DNA of 64,000 bases from Elsinoe ampelina. Taxonomy: Eukaryota. The stretch spans positions 309,413 to 373,412 of the forward strand of contig ML992516.1 in the NCBI GenBank assembly GCA_010093995.1. Reading direction: 5' to 3'. Shown here one piece after another: positions 37,328-48,364 of the stretch (position 1 is its first letter; the number at the start of each line of letters is the position of its first letter). The position numbers and the translations under genes were made by a program. The notes under the pieces are model-generated. The model ran no database searches. It worked only from the letters and a program-made list of their open reading frames with translations, and was not told where the DNA came from.

Positions 37328-38026
37328 CTACACTCCAACCTTTTCCTTCACCTTTGTCTTGACCTTGTTCTTGTAGTATTCTTCATCCTCGGTGAAGACA
37401 CGGTAATGGTTCTCCGCAAAGTTGAAGGCGACTGCACCAGCCACTGCACTCGCGGCCACATTCCTCTTCTTGCGCTCCTTGCTGAAGCGATTCGCAGTCA
37501 TAGCACCAATGGCAGCTCCAGCCGCTGCGGCAATGATACCGTCGTAGGATGAATCGAAATGCTTCTCCAGGAAATCGGCGTCCTTTCTGTCCTTCTCGCT
37601 GTACCAGCAGCGACCTTGTGGTATACACTTGCTCTTATCCATGCCTGTATGCTTGTGCTTGTGGTGTTTGTGTCTGCTATCGTCGCGGTGTCTTCGACTC
37701 CGACTGCGGCTTCGATCCTCGTCGTTGTCGTCGTCGTAGATGACCAATTCACCCGGGCGACCTCGCTCATCGTGATATGGAGCTACAGCGAAGACTTTTT
37801 CTTCGCGATAACGATCTTCAGGGTCGTCATCGCGTTTACGAATTGGTACCAATGCTGTCTCGTATCGTGATTTCGAGTAGTGTTTGTCATCCTCATAATC
37901 GTCCCAGCGCTCTTGTCTCCTACTCGGGCGCTCGCGGTGTCTCTCGTATTCTTGCACCTCGACAGATCTGTTTCTCGGTCCCCGTCGGTCCTCTCTCCTG
38001 CGCGGCCTGTCCCAATCGTCAGACAT
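37328..38026 (-). CDS. Hypothetical protein, Arg/Asp-rich N-terminus and C-terminal glycine-zipper-like hairpin
   Basis: 232-aa ATG ORF; GIIAAAAGAAIGAMTA...AASAVAGAVAFN. Confidence 0.6.
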   Translation of the reverse strand: MSDDWDRPRRREDRRGPRNRSVEVQEYERHRERPSRRQERWDDYEDDKHYSKSRYETALVPIRKRDDDPEDRYREEKVFAVAPYHDERGRPGELVIYDDDNDEDRSRSRSRRHRDDSRHKHHKHKHTGMDKSKCIPQGRCWYSEKDRKDADFLEKHFDSSYDGIIAAAAGAAIGAMTANRFSKERKKRNVAASAVAGAVAFNFAENHYRVFTEDEEYYKNKVKTKVKEKVGV

Positions 38027-38604
38027 TGCTCTCTACTGCTGCACCCGCGATAGAAAGATGAATCAGAAAAGCATTGGAAGCAAGAGGGCAAAAATAATGG
38101 GCATGATAAGATGGAAAAGGTGTCCGCCAGCCTTGTTAAGCGCTGAATTCTACAAACCTCGCAAGCTCGGCTGCGACGGAAGACGCCACGAGCAGGGCTT
38201 TGGGTGTATGTAGCCTCGTCTCAGAGCCGCATACATCATCGATCAGGTTTCTCAGTCACCATGTGAGGTAACGATGCATGAAGGGCACCTCAATTCACAA
38301 TGAAAGTCCGAATAGCATCATGTTGATCAATGGTGTCAAGTTCAACAGCAAAGAGAAAAAAAGCCAGAACTCGGTGTGCATTCGTTTGATCGTGACGGCG
38401 GCATTGGCATGCAGCCAAGAATGGCAAGCACGGGATGATCAGGCACGACCACGATTGACCGTGATCAGATTTGGAGCTGTGAGCCTTGAAAGATGCCAAT
38501 GATGACTCTTCGGTGGTATGGATCTCTACCAGACTTATCGTACAATGAGCCCAAAAGCTCATACGACCGATGCAGCTATCCATAAATCAACATGTATCAT
38601 GGCT

Positions 38605-39003
38605 TCAATCCCCTCCAGTGACCTTGAAGAAGCCCAACAGCGAGACCGTGGCAGAGCTCAGCAACCTGAAGATAGCTTTATTGGTCACTCCCTCCTGATA
38701 GCATACCCATCCGTCGACTAGACCGATGTAGATGAACGAGCTCATGAAGACATCGATGGCCTTCGTGTGGCCAGCGAGGTACATGCCCCAGATACCCAGG
38801 CCCATAGCAGTCACTCGTGCAGATCCAGAGGTCATCACCGGCCAAGTCTCTCGGATTGAAGCGATACGCTGCGGCAGACCGAAGGTGAGGATCGCTTTTT
38901 CAGCGTTGTACAACGGCATTGTGCCTCCGATGGTGATGGTCGTGGCTAGCAGGAGGGCTGGTAGGTGACGGTGCTGGTAGTGTGAGAATCCTAGTCTAGA
39001 CAT
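38605..39003 (-). CDS. Small integral membrane protein (DUF4267-like)
   Basis: 132 aa from MSRLGF; FGLP, SAR and GLVDGWVC motifs with about 4 hydrophobic segments. Confidence 0.7.
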   Translation of the reverse strand: MSRLGFSHYQHRHLPALLLATTITIGGTMPLYNAEKAILTFGLPQRIASIRETWPVMTSGSARVTAMGLGIWGMYLAGHTKAIDVFMSSFIYIGLVDGWVCYQEGVTNKAIFRLLSSATVSLLGFFKVTGGD

Positions 39004-39652
39004 GATGACGGTAATGTCTTTTCTGGACTGATGTCGATGTCGATGTCGATGCCGGTCGCTGGAGGGTGAGGGTACAGCTTCGTATTGGACGGTGCATTGG
39101 AAGCTGATGGTGTTGCAGCTGCTGACCACGACGGGTTGCCTTACCATTTCAAGATCTGACCGTCGTACCTTACACATGGCTCGACTGCACTTGATACTTG
39201 CACAACATTTTCTTTGCATATGGCCATCGTGCCTGGAAACTAGAGCATCTCGAGTATCGCCAGAGACATGGATGCCGCTGCGTGCAAGATTTCTCTCCCG
39301 TCGGAACGACTTCAAGACATCGGATACGGCCAGGAACAGTACTAAGCGCTCTCTCCATACGGTAGAACCGCACTTGGGACGCATTCATCCCGACCGTACT
39401 CGGACAGAACTGTCTTTTTTCCAGGGTCCGAGGGGCAGCTTTCTGCTTTCTGCTTTCTGCGGGGCCGGTGGGCAAACAGCAGCGAAATTTACCCCGCCGC
39501 GACTCAAGCAGAAGTGCATCACTACCAGCAACGACAAGGACAAGTCCAGTCAATTGTTTTCTCTCTTCCTTTCGGTACTGCACACCGATTCACTATATCT
39601 TCTTCCATCTCCTGACAATCTCTCCCCCCTTCACAATCCCTCCACCGCCATC

Positions 39653-39832
39653 ATGTCCTCCACCACCACCATCACCGCCCAAAAGCCCAACATCGGCGTC
39701 TACACCAACCCCGCCCATGACCTCTGGGTAGCAGAAGCCGGCCCCAGCGCCGACGAAGTCGCCAACCCCTCGACCCTCAAACACGGCGAAGTGACCGTCG
39801 CCATCAAAAGCACCGGCATCTGCGGGTCCGTT

Positions 39833-39864
<32 letters not shown>

Positions 39865-40844
39865 CCTCACCTCCTCCCTAACCCCTCTCCCCAAGCTCCG
39901 ACGTCCACTTCTGGCACGCAGGCTGCATCGGCCCCATGATCGTCGAATCCGACCACATCCTCGGCCACGAATCCAGCGGGACCATCCTCGCCGTCCACCC
40001 CTCGGTCACCCACCTGCAACCCGGCGACCGCGTCGCCATCGAACCCAACATCATCTGCAACGCCTGCGAACCCTGCCTGACCGGGCGCTACAACGGATGC
40101 GAGTCCGTGCTCTTCCGCAGCACCCCTCCCGTGCCAGGCTTGCTCCGGCGCTACGTCAACCACCCCGCCATCTGGTGCCACAAGATCGGGGACATGAGTT
40201 TCGAAGACGGCGCGATGTTGGAGCCGCTCTCCGTCGCGCTGGCGGGCGTGCAGAGGGCGAACATCACCCTCGGCGACCCCGTGTTGGTCTGTGGCGCCGG
40301 CCCGATCGGGTTGGTCACGCTGGCGTGCGTCAAGGCGGCCGGGGCGTACCCGATTGTCATCACGGATATTGATCAAGGGAGACTGGATTTTGCCAGGGAG
40401 TTCTGTCCGGGGGTCAAGACGATGTTGGTCGAGAGGGGGTTGACGGCCGAGGGGTTCGCGGCCAAGGTGGTGGAGTTGGGGGACGGGGATGAGCCGGCTA
40501 TCGCGATGGAGTGTACGGGGGTGGAGAGCAGTATTGCTGGGGCGATCCAGGCGTGCAAGTTTGGCGGGAAGGTGTTTGTGATTGGTGTGGGGAAGAATGA
40601 GATTCAGATTCCGTTCATGAGACTGAGTACGAGGGAGGTGGATTTGCAGTTCCAGTATAGGTATTGTAATACTTGGCCGAGAGCGATTAGGTTGTTGAAG
40701 GGTGGGGTCATTGATCTAAAGAAGTTGGTCACGCATAGATACACGTTGGAGGATGCGAAGAGTGCGTTTCAGACGGCGGCGGATCCGAAGACGGGGGCCA
40801 TCAAGGTTATGATCCAGAGCTTTGAGGAGGGAGAGGCAAGGTAG
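39653..40844 (+). CDS. lad1: L-arabinitol 4-dehydrogenase (Zn-MDR)
   Basis: [29 protein letters not shown], structural Zn [35 protein letters not shown]; intron 39826-39895. Confidence 0.92.
39833..39861. repeat. Poly-C homopolymer (29 nt) inside lad1 intron
   Basis: Uninterrupted C run between donor GTCCGT and branch site CCTAAC. Confidence 0.9.
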
Positions 40845-41010
40845 AACACCTTATTGTAGCATTGTAGAGGAGCGAAGGAGTTGGGAGGGTACGAGATAAA
40901 ATGCGACAAGTTTTGTAGATACTGTCGTGCAGTGACCGGGACTGATGGTCTTCTCTTGGTTCAGAATTCAACGCTATGCTATCATCCCTTTGTCTAATGT
41001 ACATGCCATC

Positions 41011-44000
41011 TCAGATTCTCTTCGGCCGATGACTCCGATCTCTACCATTTTTATCCAGCCTGCCCTTCTTCTTGTCGACAGGCGGCACGAATGGCACACC
41101 TTCAAAGGCCCGCTTCACGAACCTCATCATGTATTCATCGACATGTGGCTTCTCGTCTCCTTCGACGTCGTCGTATTCCACTTCCTCAACCTTCGGCGTG
41201 GCACCACCGCTACCTTCGGCCTTCTTCGCATCAAACTCCCAATCCCTTTCATCGACTGCTTGCTCCTTCCTCATTGCTCTTGCAGCTTCGACATCTACAC
41301 CTTCTTCGGCCTTCTCCAGTACCTTACCCACGGTATCCAACCCCAACACTCTGTCCACGGCCAAGCCCGCTTCATCTTGCACCGCCTCACCTTCCGGCTC
41401 ATGCTCCATCTCCTTGTCCTTGTCTCGCATGAAGAAATCAGTGGTGAACTCTCCTTCCTGAATAACCACTTCATCCAACATTCTCTTCTGGTTGCTCTTG
41501 CGCAGGATGTTCACCTCGATCGTATGCTCGCTCACCATCTTGTAGATGTGCACGTCGCGAGTTTGGCCGATCCGGTGAGCGCGGTCCTGGCATTGCTTGT
41601 CCATCTGCGGATTCCAGTCGAGGTCGTAGAAGATGACGCTGTCTGCACCAGTGAGGTTCATGCCAACACCGCCAGACCGTGATGAGAGGATGAAGACGTC
41701 GATGCGAGAATCCCGATTGAAGCGCTCCATCATGTCTTGTCGTTGCTCGATGCGGGTAGAACCGTCCAGACGCATGTACTTGTACCCATGGATGTTGAGG
41801 AAGCGCTCGAGGATGTCCAGAACTGAGGTCATTTGCGTAAAGATGAGAGCTCGTGAGCCGCGGGTAGTAAGGTCACGAAGCAGGATGGCGAGTCGTTGCA
41901 ATTTACCGCAGTCGTATTGCAGGAGACGCTTGTCAGGGAATGCGATCGACAGTCGTACCCGAGATTCATGGAATGGATCGTCCTGGCTTTGACCAATGGA
42001 CTGGATGGAAGTTCGTACGTCGGCAGGAAGTGTGTACGAGAGTACATCGTGAGCTACAGCATTGGGAGTGACAAAGCCAAACTTCTGGACGGTGCTGTTC
42101 AGAGCAGAGCTACGTCGTTCGATACTCTGGACCATATCCGGGAGGACTGACATCTCATCAAATGAGATCAAAGGCGAGCTGATCTTCGGAGGCAGAGGTG
42201 CTTTCAGCAGTGGTATTCTGTCCGACGTTCTGACTGTGCATGTCGCTACCAAATCGCATCCATACATTGGCGTCCACTCGGCGCGCTGCTCAGTGACGTT
42301 CATGTATTTTTGAAGCCGATCTGTCTTCTCATTGAGCAGACGAGATTTGACAGCCACGAATGTGTCGTCCAATGATGTGCCTGCCAGGGATGTATTCGAT
42401 GGTTTCATCGCTTGGAAATGGAAGAACCAGTTTCGCATATTCTGAACACCAATGAGGCGTTTCCCACGATTCGCATGATACTTTGAGTATCGCTCTCGTC
42501 GATGAAGGTCGAAATTGCGATCGATGAAGCTATCAAAGTCGTGGTCAGGATCTTGTTGGAGCAGTCGACGGCGGACCAGCAGATCCTTGATCTCGTAATC
42601 GGCTACCACAGATCTGGGCATCCTACTGTACGGCTTTCGAAGCGTGAATGAAGTGACAATGGGCCGCTCCTCGAAGAGATCGGGATGGTTGCAAACCTTT
42701 CTCAGTGCCATTAGTGCTTGAGACACACTAATCGGATTGCCAGAGGATAGCTTTTCCTTCACATCAGCTCGACTCAGGAATGCATCATACAGCTGTCGTT
42801 GACGTTTGCTGAGGCGACAAAAGATTGTGTGCTCGTATTTGCCGGGTAGCTGCTTCTCCACTTGAGCTTTCATGCGACGTAGAATGTATGGACGTAGTGA
42901 GTGATGAAGCTTGTTGACAATCTCCTGTGCTTCGACGCCCAGTTTGTTCTTGCCATCGACGAAAATCTCATCGACAGGGCGTTTGAACCACTGGGTGAAT
43001 TCGTCGAGATCCCCCATGCCTTGGCCATCTTGACCTGCTGTCAGGAACGTAAGAAGGGACCAAAGCTCTTGAATGGAGTTCTGCAGCGGCGTTCCGGTGA
43101 GTAGAAGACGAGCGTGCGTCTTCAACCTGATCATGGCTTGATATCTCTGAGACTGAAAGTTCTTGATGTTGTGAGCTTCATCCAGAATCATGTAGTGCCA
43201 CTCTGGTACTCGGATTGAAGAGAGATCCTTGAGGATGAGCTGGTAAGATGTAATTACCACGTTGTAGTTGTCAGGATTAGACCATCCCTTGCGCTTCTGT
43301 TGACGTTCTTCCTGGGTGCCATAGTATGAGAGGACCTTGAATCCAGGCAAGAACTTTTTGAACTCCATTTCCCAATTGAGGATGACCGAAGTTGGAACCA
43401 CAATCAGATGCGGGCCCCAGACTTCATGCTCCTCCGCCAAGTGCGCAAGCAAAGCGATGGTCTGAATTGTCTTTCCCAGCCCCATCTCATCAGCCAAGAT
43501 ACCGTTCGTCTGGTTAGCATAGAGCTTAGCCAACCAATCCAGTCCAAAGTGCTGATACTCCCGAAGGGTTCCGCGAAGCAACGAAGGAATCTTAGTCGTG
43601 ATCTTACGAGCAGTCTGAAGTTCCTCTGCCGTCGGCATAATCCTTGAAATGTCCTCGGGATCGACCGTCGTGGTTGAATCGGCTTCGGTTGGAGCTGTCG
43701 TTGAGCTGTCCATGGGGGTTGGTTGACTGCTATGGTCACCTTCCAGAGATCCGGCGAGCTGTACAGAGGGATCGCCAAGATGTTCGTCTCTAATGTCATT
43801 GTCTTGTACCACACCTGACTCATCGACAGGCGCTTCCTCCATGACAGTATCATCGCCATGAGATTTAGCTTGACTCTCGGTGGGCTCATCTTGTAATTCC
43901 TGGATCTTCTTTCGCTCGCGGCCACCCAAGAAACCCATAAGCCCAACATCTTCCTCTGCTTCCTCTTCCTCTTCGTCGTCCTCTCCATCATCACCTTCGT

Positions 44001-45882
44001 CTCCGTCGCTGTCGTCGTCTGAAGAGCCCATGTCGTCACTCATATCGGTGGACTCGTCGTCGTCATCGTCCAGAAGTGCCTGATCTACTTCATCAAGCTG
44101 CACATGTGACATATCGGCGACCTCCAGAGACTTAGCAGGCGTGTCAGCTACAGTGTCGATTTCCATGGCGTCCTCGTCGTCTTCATCGCTCTGTCCAGAA
44201 TCCTTCTCTAGCTCGGGAAGGTTGGCATATTTAGCCCGCAGCGCTTCAGGTGAAAGGTTTTCGTCAGCGTCGCCCTCTGCAGCCTCATCCTCTTCGGACT
44301 CGGAGGAACTCATGATATCGTCGTCTTCCTCCTCGTCGTCTGCGCCACTGCTGCCTCCACTTTCGCTCCCCTCACTGTCGCCCGGCGAATCACTGCCCTC
44401 TTCTTCATCCTCAAACCCTACCCGTCTCCTCTCCAACATGGCTGTGGTGTCCTCTAGCAGTCTCTGCATCTTCCGGTCTCTTGTCAACTCTTGCTCCTCC
44501 ATCCACTGCTGCAGCCGTTGACGTTCAATCTCGGCAGTCACGAGCTCCCACTTTCTCGCGACATCCCTCACAGTCTGCCTGTAGGTGAGCTTGAACCATT
44601 CGTTCTCCTCTTTCTCCCGATCCTCTTCCGTTTGTGGTTGCTTCTCCTTCCATTTTGCCAGGCATGCGTGTGCAGTCTTTCTCGCCAGATCCTTGTGTCG
44701 CGCGGTCTCTCGATCAAGCAGATGCCGGAAGTATGCTCCGTGAGCCCAGAGATGATCACGGTGTGAGTACTGTGATAATGGCTGCTTCTGCTGATCAGGG
44801 AAGAACAAGGAACATCGATCCTGGCTCAGTGGACCACCTGGCGCAGATGCCTCGAGTATGCGCAATCGTGTACGAGCTTCGGTCTCAGCTACCTCTTCCG
44901 CAGACCTCACGACTTTGTTGGAGTGACCGCGCGCCTCGAGAGGATCTGCTTCCTCTTTGTCACCTGGCCCGCTCTCCCGCTCTATAACGTCGTAGGCCTC
45001 GAGCACTTCGATAAGCGATCCGAATTTGGGCGGTTTAGGAATAAAGTCGGGATGAGGTGGATAAAGAGGATGGCGCGGCAGCTTCAATCGCAGCCTTGGA
45101 GATGTCTGTACAGGATCCACATGGTTAATGTAGGTGTCACGCTTTCCGCGGCGCGACTCGGGTGTGGGAGGTGTCTGTTCTCGCTTCTTTGGTCGGCCTA
45201 CTTTCCGTTTAGTTGTGGTCGGTGAGGTTGGCACAGGGCGTGGTGCCTCGACGATATCGTCATCGAATCGCTTTGGCGATGACCTACGCCGGGAAGATAC
45301 CCGTGTAGCTTGAGCTATATCTTTGTCACTGGAGAGCACGTTTGTCTTGGAGTCTGCTCGGACTGCGGCCTTGCGCAAAGAATCTGCCTTGGGCGGTGAC
45401 GAGGATAGCTCTGACTTAAGCTTGCTAGATCTCGATGTATGCTCTGCCTTGACTCGCTTGGTACCCGCACTTTCGAAGGCCTTTCGCGTCGTCCGCTTAT
45501 CCGATGGAGGCTGCAGGTCCAAAGGGATCTGGTTGACTCGGCCAGACCTCCTTTTCCCGCCATCTGTGAATTGAGTCGGACCCTCTGCACTAAAGGATTT
45601 CCATGGTGGAGATGCTGCGCGCGAGGCGGAACGCGACCTACCGCTGAGGTCGTCGAGCTTTCGTTTCTTAGAAGAAGCCGGAAAGGGCGTTGACACTGAT
45701 TGTTGGTCTTCCTCTTTTGATGTTTCCTCTTCCTTTATCCCGTTCTGAGTGTCATTGAACGTAGCATCTGCAGCCTCGTGCGCGACCTGATCGACATGCG
45801 CATGTCCGTTGATGCCATTGACAGAGGGTGGTGCGGCGGAGTTGGCGTTGGTGTCATTCTCGGTGACAGGCGCGTCAGGCAT
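41011..45882 (-). CDS. SWR1: Helicase SWR1 (Snf2-family H2A.Z-exchange ATPase)
   Basis: HSA-like helical region, acidic tract, GILADEMGLGKT, DEAH, LTGTPLQN, split ATPase insertion, YDCGKLQ, QCQDRAHRIGQ; first ATG at 45882. Confidence 0.95.
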   Translation of the reverse strand: MPDAPVTENDTNANSAAPPSVNGINGHAHVDQVAHEAADATFNDTQNGIKEEETSKEEDQQSVSTPFPASSKKRKLDDLSGRSRSASRAASPPWKSFSAEGPTQFTDGGKRRSGRVNQIPLDLQPPSDKRTTRKAFESAGTKRVKAEHTSRSSKLKSELSSSPPKADSLRKAAVRADSKTNVLSSDKDIAQATRVSSRRRSSPKRFDDDIVEAPRPVPTSPTTTKRKVGRPKKREQTPPTPESRRGKRDTYINHVDPVQTSPRLRLKLPRHPLYPPHPDFIPKPPKFGSLIEVLEAYDVIERESGPGDKEEADPLEARGHSNKVVRSAEEVAETEARTRLRILEASAPGGPLSQDRCSLFFPDQQKQPLSQYSHRDHLWAHGAYFRHLLDRETARHKDLARKTAHACLAKWKEKQPQTEEDREKEENEWFKLTYRQTVRDVARKWELVTAEIERQRLQQWMEEQELTRDRKMQRLLEDTTAMLERRRVGFEDEEEGSDSPGDSEGSESGGSSGADDEEEDDDIMSSSESEEDEAAEGDADENLSPEALRAKYANLPELEKDSGQSDEDDEDAMEIDTVADTPAKSLEVADMSHVQLDEVDQALLDDDDDESTDMSDDMGSSDDDSDGDEGDDGEDDEEEEEAEEDVGLMGFLGGRERKKIQELQDEPTESQAKSHGDDTVMEEAPVDESGVVQDNDIRDEHLGDPSVQLAGSLEGDHSSQPTPMDSSTTAPTEADSTTTVDPEDISRIMPTAEELQTARKITTKIPSLLRGTLREYQHFGLDWLAKLYANQTNGILADEMGLGKTIQTIALLAHLAEEHEVWGPHLIVVPTSVILNWEMEFKKFLPGFKVLSYYGTQEERQQKRKGWSNPDNYNVVITSYQLILKDLSSIRVPEWHYMILDEAHNIKNFQSQRYQAMIRLKTHARLLLTGTPLQNSIQELWSLLTFLTAGQDGQGMGDLDEFTQWFKRPVDEIFVDGKNKLGVEAQEIVNKLHHSLRPYILRRMKAQVEKQLPGKYEHTIFCRLSKRQRQLYDAFLSRADVKEKLSSGNPISVSQALMALRKVCNHPDLFEERPIVTSFTLRKPYSRMPRSVVADYEIKDLLVRRRLLQQDPDHDFDSFIDRNFDLHRRERYSKYHANRGKRLIGVQNMRNWFFHFQAMKPSNTSLAGTSLDDTFVAVKSRLLNEKTDRLQKYMNVTEQRAEWTPMYGCDLVATCTVRTSDRIPLLKAPLPPKISSPLISFDEMSVLPDMVQSIERRSSALNSTVQKFGFVTPNAVAHDVLSYTLPADVRTSIQSIGQSQDDPFHESRVRLSIAFPDKRLLQYDCGKLQRLAILLRDLTTRGSRALIFTQMTSVLDILERFLNIHGYKYMRLDGSTRIEQRQDMMERFNRDSRIDVFILSSRSGGVGMNLTGADSVIFYDLDWNPQMDKQCQDRAHRIGQTRDVHIYKMVSEHTIEVNILRKSNQKRMLDEVVIQEGEFTTDFFMRDKDKEMEHEPEGEAVQDEAGLAVDRVLGLDTVGKVLEKAEEGVDVEAARAMRKEQAVDERDWEFDAKKAEGSGGATPKVEEVEYDDVEGDEKPHVDEYMMRFVKRAFEGVPFVPPVDKKKGRLDKNGRDRSHRPKRI

Positions 45883-46184
45883 CGTCAAAGGGCGAGGAAA
45901 ATCGATGGACCCGTCTCAACTCCCTCGGACCACTCCTTTGGAAGATGAAATGAACACCGATCGATAGCTAAGATATCAAAGATTCGCATGCTGTGTTTTA
46001 TTTGCGATTATCGATTGTCTAGCGTGGCATGGCTGCGATTGAGTGTTGCAAGTATGATTTGTGAAGGATTGAACAGGTTCACGGACGAAAAAGCCGAAGC
46101 TCTCCCTTGCGCGTCATTTCCACTTTCGGCTAGAGCCGCGCATCGAGGGATCAAGTTGAAGGACACGACGGACTGGCAGACGCC

Positions 46185-46766
46185 TTAGCGATTCTTGACA
46201 CCTTCTTGCCTCTTGGTCAAGAAACCAGCTCCGATCGGTGAGTAGGCCCAAAAGCCAATACCAAGTTGGCGCAATGTTGGAAAGAGATCATCCTCGTTGC
46301 CGCGCGTTACAGCATTGTACGATCCGCTGTATGTGGTTGGTAGGATGTACCCTTTTGCTTTGCAGATGTCGTATACTTCTTGGACTTCTTCAGCAGAGAA
46401 GTTGCTCAAGCCGAAGGATTGGAAGGCACCCTCGGAGAAAAGTTGGCCAATTGCTTCCAAGCCTTCCGCGATAGGCGTCTCCGGATCTGGTGACTGGAAC
46501 ATGTACGCATCGATATGCTTCAGATGACCTAGGGATTCTTTGGCGAGCATGCCTGGAATAAGTCCAGCGGTCTTGGTGTGGACTCGAAGCGACTCCCTGT
46601 CAGCAAGTGCACCGATGACTTCTTCACTGCGGTCGTAAATTGCAGCAGTATCAACGTCAACGACCTCGTGCTTCTTCATGATTCGCACATACTCGTCCCT
46701 ATCATCTCCACTCCAGTTGTGGATGTGGGAGCCACCGAGGATCAGCTTCAGTGTATCGGCAGGCAT
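46185..46766 (-). pseudogene. Truncated aldo-keto reductase (aflatoxin B1 aldehyde reductase-like), paralogue of 48365-49324
   Basis: DTAAIY, HTK, GLSNF, AYSPIGAGFL then stop at 193 aa; lacks the C-terminal third and has a short internal deletion relative to its neighbour. Confidence 0.75.
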
Positions 46767-48364
46767 GATTAACTGTCGGACGATGTGGTCTGGAGAAGAA
46801 CGATGGGGAGGATTGAAATAGGTGGAATCACCGAGATGATGAATCTCGAGGAGACCATCTTCAACTTGAAATACCTTTACCCCCTACACGAACACCGAGA
46901 CCAGTCTCCGACGAAAGGACGTGGTACAAGGACAACGACGTGTTCACCCTCCTTCGGATCGACTCCTCGGGGATTGTGGCATACATCTATAACCAATGGC
47001 TGTTGGTTGGCATTGCGGTGAATGCAGTCTGGCGACCGGCAGTACGAGCTGGGTCGGATAGAGTCAGACCGCTGCAGTGCAAGACTCGGTGAGGTCACAG
47101 ATCAGGTCACAATTCATAGCGCCAAAGACTGGGCCTTTGTTCTCGCAAGCATGGTCCTAGTCTACAGCATGCTATCAATGATTATCATCCGGACGCCACG
47201 AACTTGCTGGATAAAGTTCAAGGACGATGCTTCCTCATCAGCCGTAAGGATACTGCGCTAATCAGCCTGCACATTTCTCGCCACAGCTGCTCGACTTGAC
47301 AGAACATGGCTGGCAACAAGCGATGCCAGGTATCTTACATTTGTGTGGAGTTAGGTACTGCTCAACTTTCCACAGCAGCGGTCGGAACTGTTACGATATC
47401 CATGCCGAGTGTTTTCGAACAAGGTCCAGGTGCCCCAAAGAGTCTTACAGCTTCGTCTCTTGGACCAAGACAGACGCAAGATTTTGGAGGCTTGATTGTA
47501 GCTGCAAAGCCACGGAGGTTTGTGGCGGGTCGACCTCGCCGAAGCTCGGCAGATATAGATGACAAGATCTGCTTGATCGTCATCTTGAATATGTCTACTG
47601 ACTACTGCGCACGCGGAGAACGGGACAATTCATCCATATGATAGTCCAGCCCACGCTAGATCCGCTTGACAAGACAGCACCACCACTGACAACTGCTCGG
47701 AAGGCGGATTATCGAGCTTGCGAGGCGATCTGACCATGACGCCTGGTCTCTGACCAATCAATTAGCCCTTGGCGGAGGAATTGGCCAAAGCGGCCTCATA
47801 ATGCATGGACAATACACGGGACGTCATTGGTCATACTCTTCGTGGCGTCCGCATACAGGCTCGCCAAGCAACTCAGTCAAACACCAACATCTGCTGCATA
47901 TTTGTGGTGGATCTCAAAGCCATGCCTACCACTGGCAAACTTACAACGAAGCGCAGTGATTGCGTGTCGTCTACGAATATACGATGTCAGATCAGTAATT
48001 AGGGTTACCGTAAGCTTCACCAAGCTCATTCATGGCATTGCGGTTCGAATCAGATTCTGTGATCCCTACCACAACGTTTGAGAGTACCTCTTTACAAACC
48101 ACGACCTGGCGAAATGAATCACCTGATGCGGTCTAGCTTGCCTTGGGGTTGTAGTCACAGGTTTCGTACTCGAAACAGAGCAAGAAAAGAACAAACATCC
48201 GACTGAAGACACCGGAGCTCAAGTTCGATGGTCATGTGTCCAATGATATTGCGACGCTATTGACAGAGACTATGAGATAGGAAAACGGCGTCGAAGGAAT
48301 AGGATCATATGCTGCTCCGTTCTGAGCTGGCTCACATTTCTCAGCTTCAAGGTTATATCTGCCC

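Noticed and set aside
39028..39052. (GATGTC)n hexamer run giving HRHRHRH in an extended ORF
   Set aside because: Short microsatellite upstream of the likely ATG at 39003
39092..40372. 426-aa ORF with a polyproline run
   Set aside because: Artefact of reading through the poly-C intron of lad1 into the wrong frame
46800..48300. Possible transposon or gene remnant between the AKR copies
   Set aside because: No terminal repeats, transposase/RT motifs or coherent frame could be seen
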